A stretch of 64,000 nt of DNA from Candidatus Oleimmundimicrobium sp. Lineage in GTDB: Bacteria > Actinomycetota > Aquicultoria > UBA3085 > Oleimmundimicrobiaceae. The stretch is from positions 74,026-138,025 of the forward strand of contig NZ_JAUSCH010000004.1 in the NCBI RefSeq assembly GCF_030651595.1, given 5' to 3'. Position numbers and translations under genes: made by a program. Below the pieces are notes generated by a model. It was not told where the DNA came from. It was given only the letters and a program-made list of their open reading frames with translations, and did no database searches. Below are positions 39,467 through 50,014 of the stretch, one piece after another; positions within the stretch are counted from its first letter, which is position 1, and the number at the start of each line of letters is the position of its first letter.

Positions 39467-40759
39467 TTAAACAATTAGCCTTCTGTTTTCGACAACTACA
39501 TTTCCTTTAACAATTAAATAGTCAGCTGCTCCATTAAGCTCCCAGTTATTAAAAGGTGAATTTTTGCTTTTAGACAGGAAGGTATTTGTATCAATCTTAA
39601 CTTTAGCCTCACTATTTATAATTGTAATATCTGCATCGCTTCCAATAGATAGTGTCCCTTTGTCTATATTTAAAATTTTGGCGGGCATAACTGTTAATTT
39701 AGAAATAAGATCCGATAAATTCAATATATTTTTTCCTACAATTTTGGTTAACATTAGAGGCAGAGTAGTTTCCAATCCAATCATACCAAAAGGAGCAAGC
39801 GCAAACTCAACATTCTTTTCGTAAATTGCGTGTGGGGCATGGTCGCTCGCAATAGCATCTATCACGCCCTCTGATAGTGCCCTGTTAAGAGCTTCTAAGT
39901 CATCCTTCCCTCGCAACGGCGGATTAACCTTATAGTTGGTATCATACTCAAGCAGTGTCTCGTCCGTTAAGATTAGGTGATGAGGTGCCGCATCACAAGT
40001 AATTTTTAAACCCCGTTCTTTCGCTTCTTTAATCATTCTAATCGACCCTTTAGTGCTAACATGGGTAAAATGAATTTGAGCATTTGTGAGTTCGGCTAAT
40101 ATTATGTCTCTCGCAATTGAAACCTCTTCAGCTGCTGACGGTATTCCTTTTAATCCCAGAATTGTCGAGTAATAGCCTTCATTGACTTGACCTCTTTTGG
40201 ATAATTCTTGGCACTCCGGGTGTGAAATTAACGAAATGTTAAACATCTTGCTATACTCAAGAGCCCGGCGCATAACTTCACTATTTTGTACGCAATTACC
40301 GTCATCAGAAAAAGTTATCGCACCCGAACTTTTAAGTATTGCCATTTCTGCTAATTCTTTGCCCTCGAGCTTTTTTGTTATAGCTGCCACAGGATAAACA
40401 TTAATTAAACCTACTTTTCTTGCCGTTTCAAGTATCATTTCCGTAACTGCCGGATTATCATTTACAGGTTCCGTGTTTGGCATACACGCAATTGAAGAAA
40501 AACCTCCCACCGCAGCAGCCTTACATCCACTTTCAATTGTTTCTTCATCTTCTCTTCCCGGTTCTCTTAAATGAACATGCATATCAATTAGCCCGGGTGA
40601 AACAATTTTTCCTTGAGCGTCAATTATTTTATGACCATTAGCTTTTATATTTTTTCCGATGGATGCTATCTTCCCGTCTTCTACTAAAACGTCTAAAACA
40701 TCATCGATGTTATTTGCAGGGTCAATTACTCTCCCCTTTTTAATTAGTAATTTTTTCAA
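39467..40759 (-). CDS. pyrC: dihydroorotase
   Basis: Amidohydrolase motifs (DMHVHLREPG, SDHAPH). Confidence 0.9.
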   Translation of the reverse strand: MKKLLIKKGRVIDPANNIDDVLDVLVEDGKIASIGKNIKANGHKIIDAQGKIVSPGLIDMHVHLREPGREDEETIESGCKAAAVGGFSSIACMPNTEPVNDNPAVTEMILETARKVGLINVYPVAAITKKLEGKELAEMAILKSSGAITFSDDGNCVQNSEVMRRALEYSKMFNISLISHPECQELSKRGQVNEGYYSTILGLKGIPSAAEEVSIARDIILAELTNAQIHFTHVSTKGSIRMIKEAKERGLKITCDAAPHHLILTDETLLEYDTNYKVNPPLRGKDDLEALNRALSEGVIDAIASDHAPHAIYEKNVEFALAPFGMIGLETTLPLMLTKIVGKNILNLSDLISKLTVMPAKILNIDKGTLSIGSDADITIINSEAKVKIDTNTFLSKSKNSPFNNWELNGAADYLIVKGNVVVENRRLIV

Positions 40760-41681
40760 ATTCTCCGCCTCCTAGTAAAACATAAAGCACGGCCATTCTA
40801 ACTGCTACACCGTTAACAACCTGATCTGTAATAACAGCTTGTGGCATATCTGCAACTTCGTAAGAAATTTCGATTCCCCTATTCATCGGGCCCGGATGCA
40901 TTATTAAAACATTTTTTTTGGCTTTTTTGAATCTATTAAAATTTAAACTGTATAAATTTGTATATTCCCGTATGGATGGGAACAAACTTTCCGTTTGTCG
41001 CTCCAATTGAATTCGCAACATATAGATAATGTCGAATTTACCGATAACTTTATCAAAATCGTATTCAACCTTTGCTCCCATGGCCTCTGCTTCCATGGGA
41101 ATTAATGTTGGAGGGCCAACGAGAGTGACCTTTGCTCCCATTTTAGTTAAGGCTAGCGTATTTGACCGAGCGACCCTACTATGAGCAATGTCTCCGACAA
41201 TTCCTACATGAAGACCGTTAATTCTACCAAGCTTTTCTTTAATGGTATACAGGTCAAGCAATGCTTGAGTAGGGTGTTCGTGAGCTCCATCACCAGCGTT
41301 TATTACATTAGCGTTAATGTTTTTAGCAAAAAAATGAGGAGCTCCAGCCGAAGGATGTCTAATAATAACCGCATCAGCTCCAAGCGCCTCTATTGTTTTT
41401 GCAGTATCCCTAAGGGACTCACCTTTAGTTAAACTACTGTTCTTTGCGGAAATATTTACGACATCAGCGCTCAATCGTTTTGCTGCTAATTCGAAGGAAA
41501 TTCTTGTTCGTGTGCTAGGTTCGACAAATAAATTTACAACTGTTTTTCCGCGTAAGGTAGGAACTTTTTTAATATCACGAGCTAATATCTCTTTGAAAGA
41601 TTCTCCCAACTCGAGAATACATTGGATCTCTTCCTTTTTTAGTCCTTTAATGCCAAGTAAATCTTTTTTCTCAAATGCCAT
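40740..41681 (-). CDS. pyrB: aspartate carbamoyltransferase catalytic subunit
   Basis: STRTR and HPxQ motifs; 313 aa. Confidence 0.9.
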   Translation of the reverse strand: MAFEKKDLLGIKGLKKEEIQCILELGESFKEILARDIKKVPTLRGKTVVNLFVEPSTRTRISFELAAKRLSADVVNISAKNSSLTKGESLRDTAKTIEALGADAVIIRHPSAGAPHFFAKNINANVINAGDGAHEHPTQALLDLYTIKEKLGRINGLHVGIVGDIAHSRVARSNTLALTKMGAKVTLVGPPTLIPMEAEAMGAKVEYDFDKVIGKFDIIYMLRIQLERQTESLFPSIREYTNLYSLNFNRFKKAKKNVLIMHPGPMNRGIEISYEVADMPQAVITDQVVNGVAVRMAVLYVLLGGGEFEKITN

Positions 41682-41693
41682 TTAATCCTCCGT

Positions 41694-41720
41694 CAAAAAA
41701 ATCCTCACTTTAAATGAGGA

Positions 41721-41721
<1 letters not shown>
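41694..41721 (-). terminator. intrinsic terminator / PyrR attenuator hairpin between pyrR and pyrB
   Basis: On the minus strand, AATCCTCAtttaaagTGAGGATT is followed by U7. It overlaps the pyrR stop codon. Confidence 0.6.
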
Positions 41722-42278
<557 letters not shown>

Positions 42279-42292
42279 TTAATCTCCTGAAT

Positions 42293-42405
42293 AAAAAAAA
42301 TACCCTCCGATATCATTAAAGGTAAGGTATTTCGTTAAACTTTTCTAAATTATTTTTTTTCAAATCACTCTGCTCCTTCCTGATCTCTCGGGACCAGTTT
42401 AAAGG
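42293..42405 (-). promoter_or_regulatory. PyrR-binding leader attenuator (binding loop + terminator)
   Basis: The minus-strand RNA contains GGUCCCGAGAGAUCAGGAAGGAG, resembling the PyrR-binding loop UCCAGAGAGG. A hairpin (42300-42338) and U8 follow, just upstream of the pyrR RBS AGGAGA. Confidence 0.55.
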
Positions 42406-42554
42406 TTAAGTTATATTATCAATTTTATTGTGTAATGTCAACAGATAGCATTAACCTTAATTTTTGACCTATTTTTAGTTACTTGTTAACTTTTGTATTT
42501 ATCAATCATTCAATCAATAAACCCTAAAAACTCGCACCTTATAGTCGTGTTTTT

Positions 42555-43421
42555 TTATTTAAGCTCAATCATTTCAATAGAAGAAGTTTCGCAATCCAGA
42601 AACAAAAGTCGATTCCTTAAGGGTTTCCCAATCTTTAAAAGAATTTTAACAACCTCTTGAGCTTGAAGAGCGGCAACTAACACTGGGGTAACAACTGGAA
42701 TACCTAAAGATACCTCCACCCCTCTTTCTTCTTTTCGAAAGAAGCTGTCAATTAAATCCAACCCGGGGTCTTCGGGAAAGATAGTGGATATTTCTCCAAT
42801 AAAACCTGCAATTGCACCATGTATTAAAGGAATTTTTAATTCTTTAGCGGCTTTTTGAAGAGCCAAACGCGTAGAAAAAGTATCCAAAGCGCTAACTATT
42901 ACATCACTATCCTTTAAAATTTTCTTAAATTCCTTTTCGCCGGCTTTTATTTGATAAGGGCAAACTTTGACAGAGGAATTAATTTTAGCCACTCTCTTAA
43001 TAGAAGATATAGTTTTCTCTTCTCCAATATTTTCTTCGGTCACTAAAAGCTGCCTATTTAAGTTGCTTTCCTCAAAAATATCTCCATCAATAACCAGTAT
43101 TCGGCCAACTCCAAAGCGGGCCAAAAGCTCAACAACGGTTCCTCCTAAACCACCTAACCCCACTACGGCAACTTTTGATTTAAGTAGTTTAATTTGACCT
43201 TTGATGTTAATTGTTCCAATATTACGCAAATATCTTCGAGGAATAGTTTCATTTTCAAGAGCCATAATTTCAACTTGATAACCATAAAGATTAAATGAGA
43301 TGGCAATTTTTTGCACCTCTTTAAGAGAAATGCTGTTTACCAGGGTCCCATTCGATACTTTGATCTTTTTAAAATGTTTTTTTATCTCAATAATAATTTT
43401 TTCTTTTCCATGGTCATCCAT
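42555..43421 (-). CDS. ThiF/MoeB-family E1-like adenylyltransferase with ~55-aa N-terminal extension
   Basis: Nucleotide-binding motif VVGLGGLGG and the RYLRNIG segment typical of ThiF/MoeB. No rhodanese domain or CxxC zinc motif. Confidence 0.75.
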   Translation of the reverse strand: MDDHGKEKIIIEIKKHFKKIKVSNGTLVNSISLKEVQKIAISFNLYGYQVEIMALENETIPRRYLRNIGTINIKGQIKLLKSKVAVVGLGGLGGTVVELLARFGVGRILVIDGDIFEESNLNRQLLVTEENIGEEKTISSIKRVAKINSSVKVCPYQIKAGEKEFKKILKDSDVIVSALDTFSTRLALQKAAKELKIPLIHGAIAGFIGEISTIFPEDPGLDLIDSFFRKEERGVEVSLGIPVVTPVLVAALQAQEVVKILLKIGKPLRNRLLFLDCETSSIEMIELK

Positions 43422-43444
43422 ATTTTTTCGCCTTATTTTCTTTG

Positions 43445-43696
43445 CTATCCTCCTCCAACTGGTGGGAAGAGAGCCACTCTATCTCCATCTTGAAGCACTT
43501 GCTTTGAATCAGCGTTTCTCCCGTTAATTATTATTATATGAACATCCTTTTCGGGAATATTAAATTTATTTAAAAGACTTGCAATCGTTGTCCCCTCCTC
43601 AATCTCTACAGTTGAAAATTGAGGAATCTTGTTTTTTTCGGCATATTTTATAAGTGTGGCGTAAAACCGCAATTCTATTTTCATTTTATGCCTCAA
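43445..43696 (-). CDS. MoaD/ThiS-family sulfur-carrier protein (C-terminal GG)
   Basis: 83-aa beta-grasp protein ending ...ALFPPVGGG, adjacent to the ThiF-like E1. Confidence 0.7.
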   Translation of the reverse strand: MRHKMKIELRFYATLIKYAEKNKIPQFSTVEIEEGTTIASLLNKFNIPEKDVHIIIINGRNADSKQVLQDGDRVALFPPVGGG

Positions 43697-43702
43697 TTTT
43701 AG

Positions 43703-43732
43703 AAAAAGGCCTGGCGTACGCCAGGCCTTTTT
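43703..43732 (-). terminator. hairpin AAAAAGGCCTGGCGtaCGCCAGGCCTTTTT between AOR and the MoaD-like gene
   Basis: A perfect 12-bp GC-rich stem flanked by an A-run and a T-run gives a bidirectional terminator signature. Confidence 0.7.
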
Positions 43733-43736
43733 CTCT

Positions 43737-45467
43737 CTAGTCTTCGTGCACGCTGTCTAAATCTTCGTTGGAAACATCAAACACCGTGTTGTGAGGCGGC
43801 AGCTTCTCCTTGGTCATAAAGAGAGGTAATCTATCATGTGCCTTGGTAAAACCAACCCTCTTATTGAAGTCCCGCTCCGTCTGAAGCACTTTTTTGCCCA
43901 GTTTCGTTACATCATCACCTGTAAGTTTCAAACCATACATAGCATTCAGCATATCAACTACAGCTGGATTAGCACGTTCATTTGTGAGGGTTGCAAAAGC
44001 AACAAAGAGACATAGCCCTGTGCAGTCAGTCGCGGCAGTTGCAACCTGAAAGGCCTTGGAAAGATCCGCTTTTCCTTTTGGATCCAGCGGGTCAACTTTC
44101 CCGCCACACCCGGCAATCTCCATAGCTATAACGTAACCGGCAGTGTGGTCAGCGCCCATCGGAGATGTGGCGTAAGTAACTCCTGTGCCCTTCGTGGCCC
44201 TTGGGTCGTAAGCAGGCATTCCCTGTCCTTTAACCTGGGGCACACGTTCAATGCCATAGACTTTTCCGAGGCAAGTACAACCGCTCCCCACAATTTTTCC
44301 TAAGGGAGATCCTTTTTCGGCCTCTTTAAGAAGGTTGATAGCGCCTTCCCCGTCGCCGAAAGAAATTATTCCGGCCTCCATGGCCACTCCGATTGTGTCA
44401 CCCATCTCTATGGTATCCAACCCGATGTCATCACAGAGTCTGTTTAGTCGGGCAACGATGTCGAGGTCACCAATACCACAGTTGGCCCCCAAGGCCCAGA
44501 TACTCTCGTACTCAAAACCACCGGTTATTTCAGTTCCATCCTCAAGTTTGTAAACGTTGGAGCAGTCAATTATGCAACCCGGTGAACAAGGATGGGTGGG
44601 ATTTCCTTTTCTCTTAAGGATGATCTCCCTCATCGTTTCCCCACTGATATTATTTGCTTCCTCAAAACGGCCGCTGGAGAAATTTTTTGTAGGAAGCGCT
44701 CCGGCTTCGTTTAGGATATTGATGAGAATAGCCGTTCCGTAAAGAGGTAGCCCTTCACCGCTAATTGAGTCTTTTTTAAGGGTATCGGCAAAAACCTTGG
44801 CTGCCTTGTTAAAGGAATCTTTATCTTTAATGTTGACTCCTGGCGCGTCTGTTCCGTCAACCACAATGGCTTTTATCCCCTTGGAGCCCATTACCGCACC
44901 AAGCCCTCCTCTTCCAGCTTGCCTGGTTGGAACGCCATCAATATCAGTAACCGAAATATTGGCCGCGGCCATCTTGGCTTCACCAGCCGGGCCTATGCAA
45001 GCAATAGCTACTTTCTCGCCATATTTTGCCCGCAGCTTTTCAACGGCGTTATATACCAGTTCGTTCTTTAATTCGTTAGACGGTTTAAGAGTAGCGCCAT
45101 CTTTATTGACCAATAAAACATAAGATTCGCCATCTTTCGCCTTGCCTTCGATAATTATCCCCGCAATCTGTAATTTGGCGAGTCTTACGCCCAGCGTTCC
45201 TCCAACGTTTGATTCCTTAATCCCTCCGGTAAGAGGACTTTTTGCCCCAAAAGAAACCCTACCCGAATTCGGGCAATTTGTCCCTCCCAATAAACCAGGG
45301 GCAATCACTAACTTGTTTTCTTCACCCAACGGATGACATAATGGATTTACTTCTGCCGCCACTACGGCTGAAGTAAATCCTCGTCCGCCCAGTCCATCAT
45401 ATTCCTTGGAAACATCCTCCAATTTTACTTCTTTTTTTGTTAGATTAACCCTTATTATTTTTGACAT
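43737..45467 (-). CDS. aor: tungsten-containing aldehyde:ferredoxin oxidoreductase (AOR family)
   Basis: 576 aa with the AOR N-terminal domain and 4Fe-4S / pterin-ligand Cys motifs (CSPGCIIDC...CxxxGxC region). Confidence 0.8.
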   Translation of the reverse strand: MSKIIRVNLTKKEVKLEDVSKEYDGLGGRGFTSAVVAAEVNPLCHPLGEENKLVIAPGLLGGTNCPNSGRVSFGAKSPLTGGIKESNVGGTLGVRLAKLQIAGIIIEGKAKDGESYVLLVNKDGATLKPSNELKNELVYNAVEKLRAKYGEKVAIACIGPAGEAKMAAANISVTDIDGVPTRQAGRGGLGAVMGSKGIKAIVVDGTDAPGVNIKDKDSFNKAAKVFADTLKKDSISGEGLPLYGTAILINILNEAGALPTKNFSSGRFEEANNISGETMREIILKRKGNPTHPCSPGCIIDCSNVYKLEDGTEITGGFEYESIWALGANCGIGDLDIVARLNRLCDDIGLDTIEMGDTIGVAMEAGIISFGDGEGAINLLKEAEKGSPLGKIVGSGCTCLGKVYGIERVPQVKGQGMPAYDPRATKGTGVTYATSPMGADHTAGYVIAMEIAGCGGKVDPLDPKGKADLSKAFQVATAATDCTGLCLFVAFATLTNERANPAVVDMLNAMYGLKLTGDDVTKLGKKVLQTERDFNKRVGFTKAHDRLPLFMTKEKLPPHNTVFDVSNEDLDSVHED

Positions 45468-45746
45468 GCCATGCCTCCTTTTTCCTAATAAACCACCTAA
45501 AAAAATTTGTTCTAAAATTCAAATTATCTAAGACTAACCACTTTCCTAAAAAACAAAACTGAACTCGGAGCACTTAGTTTAATTTTAATCCTTTCATATT
45601 GAAAAATATTCTTAATAGATTTATCGGCACAACCCAATAAATTCTTTATTTTTTTAAAGAAAGCGAAAATGTTTCCCATAAAACAAACTATTACCGCAAA
45701 CAAGTCAGACAACATACCTTCTTAAGCAAACAAAAAACTGAAGTTA

Positions 45747-46043
45747 TCAATATCTTACCTGAAATTCTTCAAACTCACCCTTATAACCTTCCTTCTTAAC
45801 CTTAACATTAGTTACCTTAGCTGAGGGCGGACCTTGATATACCAAATCAATAACTTTTTTAACATCTTTTTCTTCACCTTCCAAAATCATTTTAACCGAG
45901 CCGTCAGACGCGTTCTTTACCCAACCAATTACTTTATTGTTTTCGGCAATCTCCTTGGTATATGAACGAAAATACACTCCTTGAACCTTTCCGGTAACTT
46001 TTACATAAACACAAACTTTTGCCATATTTTCACCTTGAAACAT
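45747..46043 (-). CDS. acyP: acylphosphatase
   Basis: VxVxGxVQGVxFR and GWVKNxxDGSV motifs. Confidence 0.85.
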   Translation of the reverse strand: MFQGENMAKVCVYVKVTGKVQGVYFRSYTKEIAENNKVIGWVKNASDGSVKMILEGEEKDVKKVIDLVYQGPPSAKVTNVKVKKEGYKGEFEEFQVRY

Positions 46044-46129
46044 TTACATTTTATAGTTTCAACTATTCACTCTTGTTGATTGATAATAATGATTAAAACT
46101 TTTAATTAACGCCTGCTGATTTATCGCTA

Positions 46130-47536
46130 TTACTTATATCGATTAACGGTAAACCTAAATAGCTCAACTTGTTCATCAGGGTTAATGCACGCTTTTTGCC
46201 TGGCTATATCAACTTGTTTTTTGGCGGTTTCAATACCTTCAATATCCGGTAATAGAAGACCTGTTCTGAACCCTGACCTCACAATGACTCCATATTTTTT
46301 AGGATTTAAATAACTTTCATCCGGAATTAATTCAGAGGGATTTAAAATATCAACTGAATAGGTTAAATTGGTTAATTCAGATTCGGTAAGAGGAGAAAAT
46401 CTTGGATCAGAGGTCGCTGCTTGTGCTGCATTTTTTATAATTTCTTCTGCAATATTTTTTTGGCAAGGGAAAGTCGTGCCTACGCAACCCCTAAGTGTCT
46501 TACCACGCTTTATGCTTATAAAAACCCCTGCTTTTTTATTTAAAAGTTCTTTAGTCAAGTCGTTTGGTGGATTTAACATCTTTCCTTTTTTTATATAATG
46601 CTCAACCGCACTACGAGCTAACTTTACGGGATTGCTCTCTTTTTTTCTAAGTTCCTTTATTCTTGCAGATTCTTCAGCCATTATCTTTGTTAAAAAACTC
46701 TTCTCTTTATCTTCTTCAACTGGCGTAACCATGGCAACCATATAACCCACACCAAAAGGTCCTTCGTATGACAATACTTGCGACTTAGTCCTCCATCCAT
46801 CGAAAACTCCGCCTAAAGTTATGAAAGAACGCAATCCACATTCTCCGGCATCTTCAATGAGAGCTTTATCGATTTTAAGCAATTCTTCAAAAGCACCTTT
46901 CTCGATTATTTTCTTAACCTTTAAGTCGAAGTCTATACCTCTTGGACTATATCCAATCGGAGCAGAAGGGGTAAGCCTATGTGAAAGATCGCCACTTGCA
47001 ATAAAAGCGACTTTTTTATTTAATTTTTTAGCAGCTCTTTGAACAGCTATGCCCAACTGATAATGTTTTAAATAACTTAGGTATGAAATAGACAATGAAA
47101 CTATGGGAACCTCAAATTTTTTTCTAAAATAATACAACGGAACCAATACTCCGTGGTCAAGTTCCTCAAGATATTTATATCTCTCACTCCCCAAATCAAC
47201 CATAGGTATGTCCAAATTAACAGCTTCCTCAATTGTGAGGTTTGCCATCTTCAGATCATTCTCAATATTAAATTTTAGAGAAAATTCCCCAAATTGGGCA
47301 AAAGAACCTTTAAGTTCAGGGGATGTCTTTACTGCTATTGCATCGGAAAAAGCGGGGCTATGCGGAGATATAAAAACTAATATATCGGGATTTAAAGAAG
47401 CTACTTTCTCTGCCATTTCATGCATGGCTTTTTGAGTGGCCTTTATTTTTAATAAACTATTTCCGCCAATTTCAGGTATCAATATTGGCGGATGAGGCGT
47501 TATGTAACCAATTATAATAGACATGAAGTCCTCCAC
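46130..47536 (-). CDS. fusion protein: Memo1-like (AmmeMemoRadiSam system protein B) N-terminal domain + AMMECR1 (protein A) C-terminal domain
   Basis: N-terminal ~270 aa resemble the class III extradiol dioxygenase / Memo family (IITPHPP...HSP...DLSHRL). C-terminal ~190 aa form an AMMECR1 domain (RGCVGT). Confidence 0.7.
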   Translation of the reverse strand: MEDFMSIIIGYITPHPPILIPEIGGNSLLKIKATQKAMHEMAEKVASLNPDILVFISPHSPAFSDAIAVKTSPELKGSFAQFGEFSLKFNIENDLKMANLTIEEAVNLDIPMVDLGSERYKYLEELDHGVLVPLYYFRKKFEVPIVSLSISYLSYLKHYQLGIAVQRAAKKLNKKVAFIASGDLSHRLTPSAPIGYSPRGIDFDLKVKKIIEKGAFEELLKIDKALIEDAGECGLRSFITLGGVFDGWRTKSQVLSYEGPFGVGYMVAMVTPVEEDKEKSFLTKIMAEESARIKELRKKESNPVKLARSAVEHYIKKGKMLNPPNDLTKELLNKKAGVFISIKRGKTLRGCVGTTFPCQKNIAEEIIKNAAQAATSDPRFSPLTESELTNLTYSVDILNPSELIPDESYLNPKKYGVIVRSGFRTGLLLPDIEGIETAKKQVDIARQKACINPDEQVELFRFTVNRYK

Positions 47537-47544
47537 TCACATGA

Positions 47545-48855
47545 CTATACAAGCTCCCCTTTTAAAGACCAAGAACGTGCCTCTTTTATCTTAACTCTTA
47601 CCAGCTTGTTAATCAACGATGGCCGGCCTAAAAAATTGATCACTTTGTTAGTTCTGGTTCTACCCGTTAAAACATCACCATTCTTCTTGCTCAAACCCTC
47701 AACCAAAACTTCAACTTCATCCCCAACAAAAGATAGATTACATTTAAGACTGTTTCTGTTTTGTACCTCTAAAAGCCTGTTAAATCTATCCATCTTAACT
47801 TCATCTGTAATTTGATTTTTCATTTCAGCTGCTTTCGTTCCTTCTCTTGGTGAATAAATAAACGTAAAGGCATTATCAAACTTTGCTTGTTTAACAACAT
47901 CAAGTGTATCCAGAAAATCTTCTTCTTTTTCTCCTGGAAAACCAACCATTATGTCAGTTGTTATGCTGCAGGATGGAACAATTTCATAAATTTCTTCAAC
48001 AAGATTCAGGTAGCTCTCTTTTGTATATCCTCTTCCCATAGCTTTTAAAACATTGTCTGAACCAGCTTGAATCGGAAGATGCACGTGTTCACAAACCTTT
48101 TCGCGTTCAGCAAGAGCTAAGATTACATCGTTGTTAAAATCACGCGGATGGGAGCTAATAAACCTAATCCTCTTAATTCCCTCGATTTTATTTAATCTTT
48201 TTAAGAGTTCAGCAAATCGTAGTTTATTGTAAATATCTCGTCCGTACGAATTTACATTTTGGCCGAGCAAGGTTATTTCTAAAAATCCTTCATCGGCTAG
48301 TTTTTCAACTTCGAAAACAATATCTTCAAATGGTCGGCTCATCTCCCTTCCCCGCACATAGGGAACGATACAATAAGAGCAAAAATTGTTACATCCGGTT
48401 GATATACTTACCCAAGTCCTAACAAGATTTTTACGTTCAATGGGAAAAATTTTGAGCTCGTCGCGTGGAGCCCGTAAAATTTCACAAACAACCTTCTTAT
48501 TCTTCGCTTTCTCGATAAGGTTTGGAAGACTTGCAATATTGTGTGTTCCAAAAACCACATCAACGTGAGGTAATATTTTTTGCAGATTTACCCCCTCTTT
48601 TTGAGCAACACAACCACCCACTGCAATTATTAACTCTTTTTTCTTTTCTTTAAGCGATTTTAACGAGCCAACAACTCCAAAAAGTCTATCTTCAGCAGAC
48701 TTACGTACACAGCAGGTATTAAAGACCACAATATCTGCGTCATTTATATCCTTTGCCCATTTGTAGCCGCAAGATAGAAGTAAACCGGCAATCTTTTCGG
48801 AATCATGTTTATTCATCTGACAACCATATGTCACTATAAAAAACTTTTTATTCAT
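47545..48855 (-). CDS. miaB: tRNA-2-methylthio-N6-dimethylallyladenosine synthase (radical SAM MTTase with TRAM domain)
   Basis: MTTase N-terminal domain (TYGCQMN), radical-SAM motif CNNFCSYC, and a C-terminal TRAM domain. Confidence 0.8.
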   Translation of the reverse strand: MNKKFFIVTYGCQMNKHDSEKIAGLLLSCGYKWAKDINDADIVVFNTCCVRKSAEDRLFGVVGSLKSLKEKKKELIIAVGGCVAQKEGVNLQKILPHVDVVFGTHNIASLPNLIEKAKNKKVVCEILRAPRDELKIFPIERKNLVRTWVSISTGCNNFCSYCIVPYVRGREMSRPFEDIVFEVEKLADEGFLEITLLGQNVNSYGRDIYNKLRFAELLKRLNKIEGIKRIRFISSHPRDFNNDVILALAEREKVCEHVHLPIQAGSDNVLKAMGRGYTKESYLNLVEEIYEIVPSCSITTDIMVGFPGEKEEDFLDTLDVVKQAKFDNAFTFIYSPREGTKAAEMKNQITDEVKMDRFNRLLEVQNRNSLKCNLSFVGDEVEVLVEGLSKKNGDVLTGRTRTNKVINFLGRPSLINKLVRVKIKEARSWSLKGELV

Positions 48856-48982
48856 CTCTTCACCAAAAACAGTAGTTTAACAGGAAAATTATATCATAAA
48901 TTAATTCTAACCAAACCCACCGAAATTAATTAAGAAAATGATGTTTTAGTGGAAGAATAGTTAGTAAATAGCTATTAACAAA

Positions 48983-49792
48983 TTAAGCCTTTAACTTTTT
49001 CAAATCATCAACAATTGAGTCAGGAACATTGATCGAACCAATAAGCAATTCTCTGCTTAATCCATGACAATCTGATCCGCCGGTTACTATTAACCCAAAT
49101 TTATTCGCCATTTTTTTGTATTTTCGAGTTTGAGCACTATTATGTCTGCTATGATATGCTTCTAACCCTTGAAGACCCGCCTTAACAAAATTAGGAATAA
49201 ATTCATCAACTTTTGAAACACCAGGATGCGCCAGTACTGGTATTCCTTTGACTTTTTTTATAATTTTTATAACTTCTTCCGGAGTATATATGCTTTTTTT
49301 AATATAACATGGCCCTTTTTTGCCTATATATTTATTAAAAGCCTCTTGAATATTGTCAATGTAACCTTTTTCTAACATGGCCTTAGCCAAATGTACCCGC
49401 CCCACCGCAGTACCATCTCGGGTGTACTTGAGAACGTCTTTTAATAAGATGTCTAGGCCTATCTTTTGAAGGCGCTCAACCATTTTAAGAGCTCTTTCAT
49501 ATCTTGCTTCACGTAAATCTTTAAGATGTTTTTTAAACCATATATGTTCGTAATCAATACAGTATCCGAGAATGTGTATATCCTGACCGTCTAAATCTGA
49601 GCTTAGTTCGATGGCAGGAATTACTTCTACCCCCAACCGATTACCTTCTTTAATGGCTGGTTCAATCCCATCAACATTGTCGTGGTCGGTAATCGCGATT
49701 GCTCTTAACTTGAGTTTGGCTGCAAGCATAACAAGTTCCTCGGGCGTATAGGTTCCATCTGAAGCTGTGCTGTGTAAATGAAGGTCTATCAT
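48983..49792 (-). CDS. PHP-domain metal-dependent phosphoesterase (TrpH/YciV-like)
   Basis: MIDLHLHSTASDGT motif, 269 aa. Confidence 0.75.
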   Translation of the reverse strand: MIDLHLHSTASDGTYTPEELVMLAAKLKLRAIAITDHDNVDGIEPAIKEGNRLGVEVIPAIELSSDLDGQDIHILGYCIDYEHIWFKKHLKDLREARYERALKMVERLQKIGLDILLKDVLKYTRDGTAVGRVHLAKAMLEKGYIDNIQEAFNKYIGKKGPCYIKKSIYTPEEVIKIIKKVKGIPVLAHPGVSKVDEFIPNFVKAGLQGLEAYHSRHNSAQTRKYKKMANKFGLIVTGGSDCHGLSRELLIGSINVPDSIVDDLKKLKA

Positions 49793-50014
49793 TTTTTAAT
49801 AAACTGGGCTTCGTTAATTTTAAAATATTTCTAATGAAGCATCCTTACCGTAGCTCAATCAATGGCTTGGATTTCAGTCTCCCCTTTCTCGTGAATTATT
49901 ATTGATAATGTTTGCCCACAGAGTTTGAATTAGCCTCAAAAAAACCTTTAATACCCTTATGTTTCCTTTTTTATTCTATAACAAACAAGCATCAAATTAG
50001 AGTAAATTATCACC

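Noticed and set aside
44335-45336. Several Pro/Ser-rich plus-strand ORFs inside the AOR gene
   Set aside because: They are antisense translations of a relatively GC-rich gene. They have no start context and show no domain signal.
45524-45715. 63-aa ORF in the AOR upstream region
   Set aside because: It has no RBS and a hydrophobic, low-complexity translation. The region is better explained as the AOR promoter/leader.
47545-48855. Radical SAM gene next to the Memo-AMMECR1 fusion as the canonical AmmeMemoRadiSam radical-SAM partner
   Set aside because: The protein has the MTTase N-terminal TYGCQMN motif and a C-terminal TRAM domain. That identifies it as MiaB, not the AmmeMemoRadiSam radical-SAM family. 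The adjacency is reported as a finding, not as the canonical system.
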